DNA from: an uncultured Methanosarcinales archaeon
Lineage (GTDB): Archaea > Nanobdellota > Nanobdellia > Woesearchaeales > CAZOXR01
Reading direction: 5' to 3'
Assembly: GCA_964566535.1 (NCBI GenBank)
Contig: CAZMIO010000001.1
Coordinates: 309,751-331,861, forward strand
DNA: 22,111 nt
Shown: in pieces, positions 15,149-22,111 of the stretch
Layout: each line of letters opens with the position of its first letter
Numbering within the stretch: the first letter of the stretch is position 1
Position numbers and translations under genes: made by a program
Notes under the pieces: model-generated
What the model saw: the letters and a program-made list of their open reading frames with translations, nothing else
Database searches by the model: none
What the model was told of the DNA's origin: nothing

Positions 15149-16966
15149 TTATTTTATTATGTTTAATACGTTCTTTATAATTGATGATGAATCTATTTTC
15201 TGGTCCTTAAGTAAAATGTCTGGAGGGCCTGTGTGAGGCATTTTTCTAACTGCTAAGTGTTTTGTTTTGATGTTTGAGAGTTTACTGATTATTGCTTCCC
15301 CCATTCCTCCTTCCGGATAATGGTCTTCTACAATGACTGCTTTTTTTCCACTTTGATTTATTGTGTTTTGTAAATGTTTTGTATTTAATGGTTTGATGCA
15401 GTAACAATCTATTACTGCTGTGTTGATCCCTTTCTTTTTTAGAATCTTGTGGGCTTTGAGTGCTTCGTGTAATGTAACTCCTGCTCCAATTATTACTGCT
15501 TTGTCTTTGTTTGACTTTTTTAGGACTTTGAATTCTCCTAATGGGAATTTTTCAGTATTTTTGTAAATGATAGGGGTTTTTGGACGGGAAGTTCTTATGT
15601 ATTTTATTCCTTTTAGCTTTGATGCTAATTCCGTTAATTTCTCTGCTGAAACTCCATCGCTTGGGTATAGGACAATGCTGTTTGGTAGTGCTCTGAAGAT
15701 TGAAATGTCTTCTAGTCCCATTTGAGATGGTCCGTCTTCTCCAATTGAGACTCCTACGTGAGAGCCTACGAATGTAATGTTTGCGCTTGAGAGGGCCGAC
15801 ATTCTGATTTGGTCGTGGGCCCTTGATAAGAATGCAGCAAATGTTGAGGCAAAAACATCCATTCCTTCTGCTGCTAAACCTAATGCCATACTTGCCATGT
15901 TTTGTTCTGCTATGTATGCTTCTATGAATCTTTTTGGGTTTGATTTTTTTAGTTTTTCTGAGAATGTTGAATTTGAGACTTCGGCATCAGTAGCTGCGAT
16001 TAAGTTGTTTTGTTTTGCTAGCTTTGCTAAGGCATTGCCATATGCTTCTCTTGTTGCTATTGGTTCTTTGTAGCTTACTTTTATTGGACTGTTTGAGACT
16101 TTTTCTTTGAAGTTGGATTTTGTTGGTTTGTTAATAGTTATTTTTGGCTGTTTTTTATCTGGAATCTGTTTTAATGCTTTTTTTAGTTGGTCTTCATTTA
16201 ATGCTTTGCCGTGCCATCCTTCTTTGTTTTCTAAGAAAGAGACTCCGCGTCCTTTGAATGTTTTTGCTAGGATGATTGTTGTTTTGTTTTTTGTTTTTTT
16301 TGCTGTTTTTAAGGCGTTTAGGATTTCATTTACATTATGGCCGTCGATTGCAATAACTTTTGCGCCGAATGATGGGAATCTTTGTTGGTATGCTTCTATG
16401 TTGTGGCCGAGCATTGTTGGGCCTCTTTGACCTAATCTGTTTATGTCTATTATGAAGCAAAGATTGTCTAATTTGTAGTGAGATGCTAATTCTAATGATT
16501 CGTAAACTGAACCTTCTGCTGATTCAGAATCTCCTAATAGAACGTAAGTTCTGAATTTTCTTTTTTGGAGCTTTGCAGCAATTGCCATTCCAACTCCAAC
16601 GCCTGCTCCTTGTCCGAGTGATCCAGTTGCTGCTTTGACCCACTTTAGGGATGAGGGCATTGGATGGCCTTCAAAAGGGCTTTTGAACTTTCTTAATGAT
16701 AAGATATCTGTTTTTGTACAGCCTGCTTTTGAGAGGGCAGCGTAAAGTATTGGTGCTGCATGGCCTTTGCTTAGGACGAATTCATCATTGTCTGGGTTTA
16801 GTGGGTTGGTGGTGTCGTAAGACATTTCATTGAAGAATAAAGTTGAGATTATTTCTGCGCAGGACATGCAAGTTGTTGGATGGCCTGAACCTGCTTTTGT
16901 GGTCATCATTAATACGTCTCTTCTCAATAAGTTTGCTATGTCCCTTAGGTTTTTTTGGTTTGTCAT
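15149..16966 (-). CDS. tkt: Transketolase (single-chain, about 605 aa)
   Basis: GSGHPT, FVLSKGHAAP, EGHP, ATGSLGQG, TPP motif GDSE...IDINRLGQ, IAEQNM, GEDGPSQM and VEDHY. Confidence 0.96.
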   Translation of the reverse strand: MTNQKNLRDIANLLRRDVLMMTTKAGSGHPTTCMSCAEIISTLFFNEMSYDTTNPLNPDNDEFVLSKGHAAPILYAALSKAGCTKTDILSLRKFKSPFEGHPMPSSLKWVKAATGSLGQGAGVGVGMAIAAKLQKRKFRTYVLLGDSESAEGSVYESLELASHYKLDNLCFIIDINRLGQRGPTMLGHNIEAYQQRFPSFGAKVIAIDGHNVNEILNALKTAKKTKNKTTIILAKTFKGRGVSFLENKEGWHGKALNEDQLKKALKQIPDKKQPKITINKPTKSNFKEKVSNSPIKVSYKEPIATREAYGNALAKLAKQNNLIAATDAEVSNSTFSEKLKKSNPKRFIEAYIAEQNMASMALGLAAEGMDVFASTFAAFLSRAHDQIRMSALSSANITFVGSHVGVSIGEDGPSQMGLEDISIFRALPNSIVLYPSDGVSAEKLTELASKLKGIKYIRTSRPKTPIIYKNTEKFPLGEFKVLKKSNKDKAVIIGAGVTLHEALKAHKILKKKGINTAVIDCYCIKPLNTKHLQNTINQSGKKAVIVEDHYPEGGMGEAIISKLSNIKTKHLAVRKMPHTGPPDILLKDQKIDSSSIIKNVLNIIK

Positions 16967-17658
16967 CTTAGATTTGTTAAAGCGTAGGATTCCTTTATTG
17001 AATTTATTAATTTAGCTGGGCAATTGATTACTTTTGTATTTTTGTTTTTGAACTTAATAAATGCTTCTCTTTTTGCTGGTCCAAGGAATAGGATGATTGC
17101 CACTTTTGATTTTTTTAGAAGGGTTTTTGATAAGGACATTCTCTTTGGAGGAGGTTTGGGGGAATCGTTCATTGCTATGAAGAACTTTGAATTGTTTTTT
17201 ATTGAGTGATGGTGAGGATAAAGTGCCCCTACATGTCCGTCTTCACCTGAGCTTAGAAGGATAATGTCAAATTTTTTATTATGTTTTATTAATTCTGATT
17301 TGTAGTTTAGCGTTCCTTTGTCTTTCTTTTTGTTTAAGATGAAGGGATGGATGTTTTGTTTTTGGAGAAGTTTTCTTTTTATTAGGTCGTTTAGGAAGCT
17401 TTGTTTTGCTAGTTTGAAATTGGAGTCTTTATGTGTTATTGGGACTAGTCGTTCGTCAACCATGAATATATGGATTTTATTCCATTCAATTGGTTTGTTC
17501 TTTAGTTTTTTGAAGATTCCTGGAACAGATCTCCCTCCTGGGATTGCTAGGTTGATTGTCTTTTGTTTTTTTAGTAGCTTTTTTACTGACTTCTCTATTA
17601 TGTTAGCTGCAGATTCATATAATTGAGATTTATTCTTTCTTAGAATTATTTTTGTCAT
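16963..17658 (-). CDS. pgl: 6-phosphogluconolactonase
   Basis: AIPGGRS, VDER.VP..H.DSN, G.DGH..AL.P and SPKPPPKR.S; located between gnd and tkt. Confidence 0.93.
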   Translation of the reverse strand: MTKIILRKNKSQLYESAANIIEKSVKKLLKKQKTINLAIPGGRSVPGIFKKLKNKPIEWNKIHIFMVDERLVPITHKDSNFKLAKQSFLNDLIKRKLLQKQNIHPFILNKKKDKGTLNYKSELIKHNKKFDIILLSSGEDGHVGALYPHHHSIKNNSKFFIAMNDSPKPPPKRMSLSKTLLKKSKVAIILFLGPAKREAFIKFKNKNTKVINCPAKLINSIKESYALTNLR

Positions 17659-18548
17659 TTTTTCTTTACAGCATGGCCGCCAAATTGATTTCTCATTGCG
17701 GCTATTGCTTTTCCTTCGAATGAGGGTTTTTTTCGGGATTGGATGCGCATTAATCTTGATTGGTGAAGGATTGGCATTTTTGATATGCCTTCTAAGTGTT
17801 TCATCTCGTCTTCCGTTTCTCCTTTTGGAACTTCTCCTGAAATTGATTTAAATTCTTTTGAGTTTAATGCAGTTAGGAACCAACTCATCAGTCTGCTTTC
17901 TATTATGCTGCCATGTGCATATACTTTTGCTGCTGTTTTTATGTCTGTCTTGAAATGTTTGCTTGAGTTTCTTACTGCCGCCATCCCTTCTGCTATTGCA
18001 CTCATCATGCCATATTCTATTCCGTTGTGTACCATCTTTACAAAATGGCCTGCTCCTGAATTGCCCATATAACCATATCCGTCTTTGACACACATGTCTT
18101 TGAATAAACGTTCTGTTTTCTTGAATGCTGCTTTGTTTCCGCCAACCATCATGCAAGCTCCGCGTCTTGCGCCTTCCATGCCTCCAGAAGTTCCGCAGTC
18201 AAGGAAATGGATGTTCTTCTTCTTTAGTTGATTATGTCGCTTTATTGAGTCTTTGAAATATGAGTTTCCTCCGTCTATGATTATGTCTCCTTTTTTTAAA
18301 TGTGGGAGAAGCTGTGAGATTAATAAGTCAACTGGCTTTCCTGATTTTACCATTAACCAGATTATTTTTTGTTTTGGGAGCTTTCTTACTAGTTCTTCGA
18401 TTGAATATGCTGTTTGAATTCCTTTTCTTTTAACTTCGTTTACTGGTTTAGGAGATCTGTTGTTTGCTATGACGCTATGGCCTTTGTCTTTTAGGTTGTA
18501 GACCATATTCTTCCCCATCCTTCCGAGGCCTATAAATCCTAGTTTCAT
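17655..18548 (-). CDS. gnd: 6-phosphogluconate dehydrogenase (decarboxylating), short YqeC-like form
   Basis: GFIGLGRMG, IIDGGNS, DCGTSGG, GAGHFVKMVHNGIEYG and AMRNQFGGH; GGAGG RBS and ATGA overlap with the zwf stop. Confidence 0.95.
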   Translation of the reverse strand: MKLGFIGLGRMGKNMVYNLKDKGHSVIANNRSPKPVNEVKRKGIQTAYSIEELVRKLPKQKIIWLMVKSGKPVDLLISQLLPHLKKGDIIIDGGNSYFKDSIKRHNQLKKKNIHFLDCGTSGGMEGARRGACMMVGGNKAAFKKTERLFKDMCVKDGYGYMGNSGAGHFVKMVHNGIEYGMMSAIAEGMAAVRNSSKHFKTDIKTAAKVYAHGSIIESRLMSWFLTALNSKEFKSISGEVPKGETEDEMKHLEGISKMPILHQSRLMRIQSRKKPSFEGKAIAAMRNQFGGHAVKKK

Positions 18549-20005
18549 TTCTTCTCCTCCTTTGGCAGTATCCAAACTTTACCATCTTTTTTTAGGAGAG
18601 TGTCTGATTGCGAAGGCCCATAAGTTCCTGGTTTGTATGGGAGAGGAGTTTTGTTTTTTATGGTCTTTATTATGTTATCAACAAATTTCCAACTGGCTTC
18701 TACTCCGTCCCATCTCGTAAATAATGTTTGGTCTCCTTTTAGGATTTCGTGTATGAGGGTCTCGTATGCTTCTGGAGAGTTTATGCCGAATTCGCAATGA
18801 TGGCAGAACTCCATCGTTACTGGGTGTAGTTTTATCTGGTAGCCAGGGTATTTTGCATTGAATTTAATTGCTATTCCTTCGTCTGGTTGAATTCTGAAGT
18901 TGATTACATTTGGAAGGTCGCATAATTCTTTTTTTGAAAATAATTTGCAAGATGTATCTTTAAGGACTAAGTTTATTTCTGCGAATCTTGACTTTAGGTG
19001 TTTTCCGGTTCTTAGGTAGAATGGAGTACCTTTCCATCTTTTGTTGTTTATGAATGTCTTTATTGCTGCGAAGGTTTCGGTTTTTGAGTTCCTTGGAATG
19101 TTTAGTTCTTTTTTGTAGGCTAGGACTCTTTTTCCATCTAAGGTTCCTGACTCATACTGGGCTGTTACGATATCTGAGGGTTTTGGTTTTTGTAATTCGC
19201 TTAAAATTTTTACTTTTTCATTTCTGATATGTTTAGCATCTAATGACTGTGGTGATTCCATTGCGGCTAGTGCTAGGATTTGTAGAAGGTGGTTTTGCAC
19301 CATGTCTTTGATTGCTCCGTATTTGTCGTAATAGTTGCCCCTTGTTTCTACACCGATTTTTTCTGAGACTGTGATTTGTACATTGTCGATGAATTTGTTG
19401 TTCCATATCTGTTCGTAGATGGGGTTTGCGAATCTAAAGACTAGGATGTTTTGTACTAGTTCTTTTCCTAGATAGTGGTCAATTCGGTAGATGTTTCTTT
19501 CTTTGAAAACTGAGGATATTTTTTTGTTTAGGTCCTTTGCCGACTGGAGGTTATTACCGAAAGGTTTTTCGAAGACAACTTTATTGTTTCCTTTCAGAAG
19601 TTTTGCTGATTTTATAACATCTATTGATTTCTTGAATAGATTAGGTGATAGGGCGAGGTAGAATATTTTGTTGTTTGAGCATCTGTGGATTTCTTTTACT
19701 TTGCTTAGATAATTATTTAGGTTCTTGTAGTCATTATCTTTTTCTAAGTTGAAAGAGAAATAGTGGAGCTTTTTTAGGAAACCTTTCAGGATTTTGTTAT
19801 TCTTTTTTGGAATGAACTGATTAATGTTTAAAGTTGAGATAAACCTGTCTTTTGTTATTTTTTTTCTCGCTATGCAGACTATTGGTATGTTTTTCAATTG
19901 GTTTTTAGAATAAAGGTTGTATAGGGCAGGGATTAGCTTTCTTTTTGTGAGGTCGCCAGTTGCTCCAAATATGATAATCATTGAATTGTCAATTTTATTG
20001 GTCAT
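18545..20005 (-). CDS. zwf: Glucose-6-phosphate 1-dehydrogenase (bacterial/eukaryotic type)
   Basis: IFGATGDL, EKPFG, RIDHYLGKE, DMVQNHLLQ, W.GTPFYLRTGK and RIQPDEG. Confidence 0.97.
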   Translation of the reverse strand: MTNKIDNSMIIIFGATGDLTKRKLIPALYNLYSKNQLKNIPIVCIARKKITKDRFISTLNINQFIPKKNNKILKGFLKKLHYFSFNLEKDNDYKNLNNYLSKVKEIHRCSNNKIFYLALSPNLFKKSIDVIKSAKLLKGNNKVVFEKPFGNNLQSAKDLNKKISSVFKERNIYRIDHYLGKELVQNILVFRFANPIYEQIWNNKFIDNVQITVSEKIGVETRGNYYDKYGAIKDMVQNHLLQILALAAMESPQSLDAKHIRNEKVKILSELQKPKPSDIVTAQYESGTLDGKRVLAYKKELNIPRNSKTETFAAIKTFINNKRWKGTPFYLRTGKHLKSRFAEINLVLKDTSCKLFSKKELCDLPNVINFRIQPDEGIAIKFNAKYPGYQIKLHPVTMEFCHHCEFGINSPEAYETLIHEILKGDQTLFTRWDGVEASWKFVDNIIKTIKNKTPLPYKPGTYGPSQSDTLLKKDGKVWILPKEEKK

Positions 20006-20006
20006 T

Positions 20007-20825
20007 TTATTTTAACAGATTTGCATATTCTTTTACTGTGTCTTTAACGAAACCATTCATGCCTTCGATTGTTTTGTAATGTGTGAGGAGGTCTTTGATT
20101 ACGTCTAATGGTAGAGTTGCTATGTCTGCTCCTGCTAGAGCACATTCTCTTGCTTGCCTTGCGTTTCTGATTGATGCTGCTAGGACCTTCGTTTTTAGGT
20201 TATGCATTGCTATTATCTGTATGCATTGTCTGACTAGGTTAACACCTGACATGACCCCATTATCCTCTAGGAGCTTTCCTTTTTTCCAGCCGTGCTCTGG
20301 GAAATAATCTGTTTTGTCAAATGAAATCCTATTTCCCTTTCTTATATAGTCATCAATTCTTCCTGCGAATGGACTTACAAATGATGCTCCTGCTTTTGCG
20401 GCTAGTAATGCTTGCTCTGGTGTGAAGATTAAGGTGCAATTTGTTGGGATGTTTAGATTTGATAATTCTTTTATGGCCCTTATTCCATCGAATGATTTAT
20501 CTGATTCTCTTTCTAGTGCTGGGTTGACTGGGATTTTTATGTAGACGTTTTTTGCGACTGGGTTGAATAGCTTGAAGAGTTTCTTTCCTTCTTCTACCAT
20601 CTCTTTGTATGTTGTTCCGATTACTTCTAATGATACTGGTGTTCCTCTTGCTGTTTTTAGAATTTGTTTGATGTACGCCCTTATGTCTATCTTTATTCTC
20701 TTTGCTTTGTAGTCATCAACTGCTTTTTTTATTAATGATGGGTTTGTTGTTACACCATCTAGGATTCCGTAAGAATACGCTTGTTCGATTTCATCTAGTT
20801 TTGCTGTATCTATGAATATTTTCAT
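20007..20825 (-). CDS. tal: Transaldolase (TalC/FSA-like short family)
   Basis: IFIDTA, GVTTNPSL, VSLEV (Glu), catalytic IKIP, N.TLIF, VSPF.GRIDD (Phe) and LAASIR. The Glu/Phe pair indicates transaldolase rather than FSA. Confidence 0.92.
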   Translation of the reverse strand: MKIFIDTAKLDEIEQAYSYGILDGVTTNPSLIKKAVDDYKAKRIKIDIRAYIKQILKTARGTPVSLEVIGTTYKEMVEEGKKLFKLFNPVAKNVYIKIPVNPALERESDKSFDGIRAIKELSNLNIPTNCTLIFTPEQALLAAKAGASFVSPFAGRIDDYIRKGNRISFDKTDYFPEHGWKKGKLLEDNGVMSGVNLVRQCIQIIAMHNLKTKVLAASIRNARQARECALAGADIATLPLDVIKDLLTHYKTIEGMNGFVKDTVKEYANLLK

Positions 20826-20827
20826 TT

Positions 20828-20883
20828 GATCACCTTTTTTTTGAATAGTAGTGAGATTTTCTTAGGATTCTGACATTTTTAAA
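20828..20883 (-). promoter_or_regulatory. Putative promoter and RBS of the pentose-phosphate operon
   Basis: Minus-strand TTTAAAAA (20883-20876) and AAGGTGATC just before ATG 20825. Confidence 0.5.
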
Positions 20884-20895
20884 CATTTCTATATT

Positions 20896-21594
20896 TTATA
20901 TGCCCCAGAGTGCTATTATTATTGCACTATATATGACTGCACCTAAAAGGAAGAATAATGGAGCTCCTTTTTTTCCTTTTGGTAGAAGGTCTCTGATTAC
21001 GATGTACAATAAGAGTCCTGCAACTAACCCAGTTAGTGCGAATGAAACTTTTTCAGTTACAGTTACTGTTAATGCAATTATTACTCCTACTAATGCTGCT
21101 ATTGACTGTATGAATGTTGACCATTTCTCGCTTTTGTGATGGTGTCCGTAAACTCCATGGATTCCATGTGTTGATAGGCTGGCCACTATAGTATGTAAGA
21201 AAACTGGTGCGAAGAATAGTATTCCATCAGTTGTGCTTTTGTTTATGAACTTTACAAGAACTATTCCTAAGACTAAATAGTATATTGTAAGTCCAATTGA
21301 ATGGATTCTTATTAAATCATCTGATATTTTTTTCCTTGGTTCGTTTTGGTAGATGTATTTTTCAATTAAGTGGAAGAGTGAGAAACCTATCAGGACGAAG
21401 ACGAATAGGGAACGGTCTAGTTCTGAAACTCCAAAGTAAAGTTCTGGGAGAAGTTGTAAGAAGATATAGGTTATTGATACCCCTGCAGTGAATGAAATTA
21501 CTTCTCCTTTGTATTTTGTGCAGGCTATGCAGAACTTTTCACTTAGGTAATGTCCTAGTCCAATTGCTGCTGCTAAGATTAAAGATAGTGTCAA
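20896..21594 (-). CDS. ZIP/ZupT-like metal transporter-related membrane protein (TTG start)
   Basis: Seven to eight hydrophobic segments, AGVSITYIFLQLLPE, F..FHLIE, His-rich HGIHGVYGHHH and AGLLLYIVIRDLLP; AGAGG RBS and TTTATAAA upstream. Confidence 0.7.
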   Translation of the reverse strand: MTLSLILAAAIGLGHYLSEKFCIACTKYKGEVISFTAGVSITYIFLQLLPELYFGVSELDRSLFVFVLIGFSLFHLIEKYIYQNEPRKKISDDLIRIHSIGLTIYYLVLGIVLVKFINKSTTDGILFFAPVFLHTIVASLSTHGIHGVYGHHHKSEKWSTFIQSIAALVGVIIALTVTVTEKVSFALTGLVAGLLLYIVIRDLLPKGKKGAPLFFLLGAVIYSAIIIALWGI

Positions 21595-21645
21595 TTATAT
21601 AACCTCTTTTTTAGATTTAATTGGTTTAGTTGTTTATAAATTGCT

Positions 21646-22111
21646 CTAATTTTTGTTGTTTAGGTAAGGAGTCGCTGTATCCCACATCAATTTAAAGAAT
21701 TGATCGTAAGATTTGGCAGCATCTTTCTGATTAATGATTATTCCTAACGGTTTCTCTGTCCAGATTATTATCCCAATTTTATTATCCTTGATTATTGTTT
21801 CTGTTAGTGGTTCAAATCCTGTTTTTGTATAACGAACTTCTGAGTTTGGATATTTTGTTTCAGCTTTCCAATATGTAAGAGATTTATTAAAAAGTAATTT
21901 CGCTTTGATCCCTTGTTGAGATCTTTTCTTGTGATAACTAATCCACCAAGCATCACCGAGCATAAGAGATTCTTTAGTTGAACCAAAAGTATGGTGTTTT
22001 TTCCCACCAGTTTCTAAAATCTCTAAAAGTAATTCTTTAATTCCTCGAACACCTCTGAAAGTTATAATTTCTGGCTTTTCTTTTGCCTGTTGTTGTTTGA
22101 CCAATAATTCT
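21646..22111 (-). CDS. TrmB-like transcriptional regulator, C-terminal part; gene begins beyond the window
   Basis: F.G..GIK....IL, YH.KR...GIK.K.LFN, I...KI.IIIW...P.GI.I and A.SY..FF..MW resemble the C-terminal effector domain of DPANN/CPR TrmB-like proteins. The frame is open to the right edge; the HTH is not visible. Confidence 0.7.
   Translation of the reverse strand, partial: ELLVKQQQAKEKPEIITFRGVRGIKELLLEILETGGKKHHTFGSTKESLMLGDAWWISYHKKRSQQGIKAKLLFNKSLTYWKAETKYPNSEVRYTKTGFEPLTETIIKDNKIGIIIWTEKPLGIIINQKDAAKSYDQFFKLMWDTATPYLNNKN

Noticed and set aside
18548..18575. Longer starts given for gnd (18575), and likewise trxB (12513), grx (13879) and mpgP (5198)
   Set aside because: RBS or TATA spacing, ATGA coupling and family N-termini favour the downstream Met in each case.
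20007..20825. Fructose-6-phosphate aldolase (FSA) assignment
   Set aside because: The protein has Glu (SLEV) and Phe (SPF) where FSA has Gln and Tyr, and it lies in a PPP operon.
7731..22007. Remaining short ORFs nested in or antisense to ogg, the GT-B gene, the orphan, trxB, gdh, grx, FNR, the PPP genes, the ZIP-like gene and the TrmB-like gene
   Set aside because: They overlap confident CDSs, and strand-biased codon usage readily produces stop-poor antisense frames.
1..22111. tRNA, rRNA, CRISPR array, IS element or integrase
   Set aside because: No GC-rich structured segment, regularly spaced repeats, terminal inverted repeats or transposase motifs were seen, and intergenic gaps are short and AT-rich.

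Overview
AT-rich, gene-dense window with archaeal expression signals: TTTATA/TTTAAA boxes about 22-24 nt upstream of start codons, AGGTGA-type ribosome-binding sites, and TrmB-, TIGR00269- and Ogg2-type genes. A DPANN archaeon of the Woesearchaeota/Pacearchaeota type is most likely, but this is inference, as no rRNA or marker gene is present. The window has three blocks. (1) 1-5995: a glucosyl/mannosyl-glycerate compatible-solute cluster (GpgS-type synthase, MOFRL glycerate kinase, single-step Ggs/MGS-type synthase, HAD phosphatase) that also holds two tandem, uncharacterised GT-A paralogs. (2) 5976-11547: a mixed block of DUF167, a TtuA-like thiolase, an acidic orphan, a 28-aa Lys-rich peptide missed by the ORF track, Ogg, a GT-B protein and a 631-aa orphan with an ADP-ribosyltransferase-like motif series. 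(3) 11563-20825: a minus-strand NADPH/redox block. A tightly coupled tal-zwf-gnd-pgl-tkt operon runs directly into an 81-aa membrane protein with an H-x13-H motif, a 47-aa rubredoxin-like protein missed by the ORF track, and an FNR-type reductase; these three may form a split ferric-reductase/NOX-like chain. A glutaredoxin-GDH-thioredoxin reductase unit follows. A ZIP-like transporter and a partial TrmB-like regulator close the window. No RNA genes, CRISPR arrays or mobile elements were recognised. All calls rest on motifs read by eye; no database searches were run.
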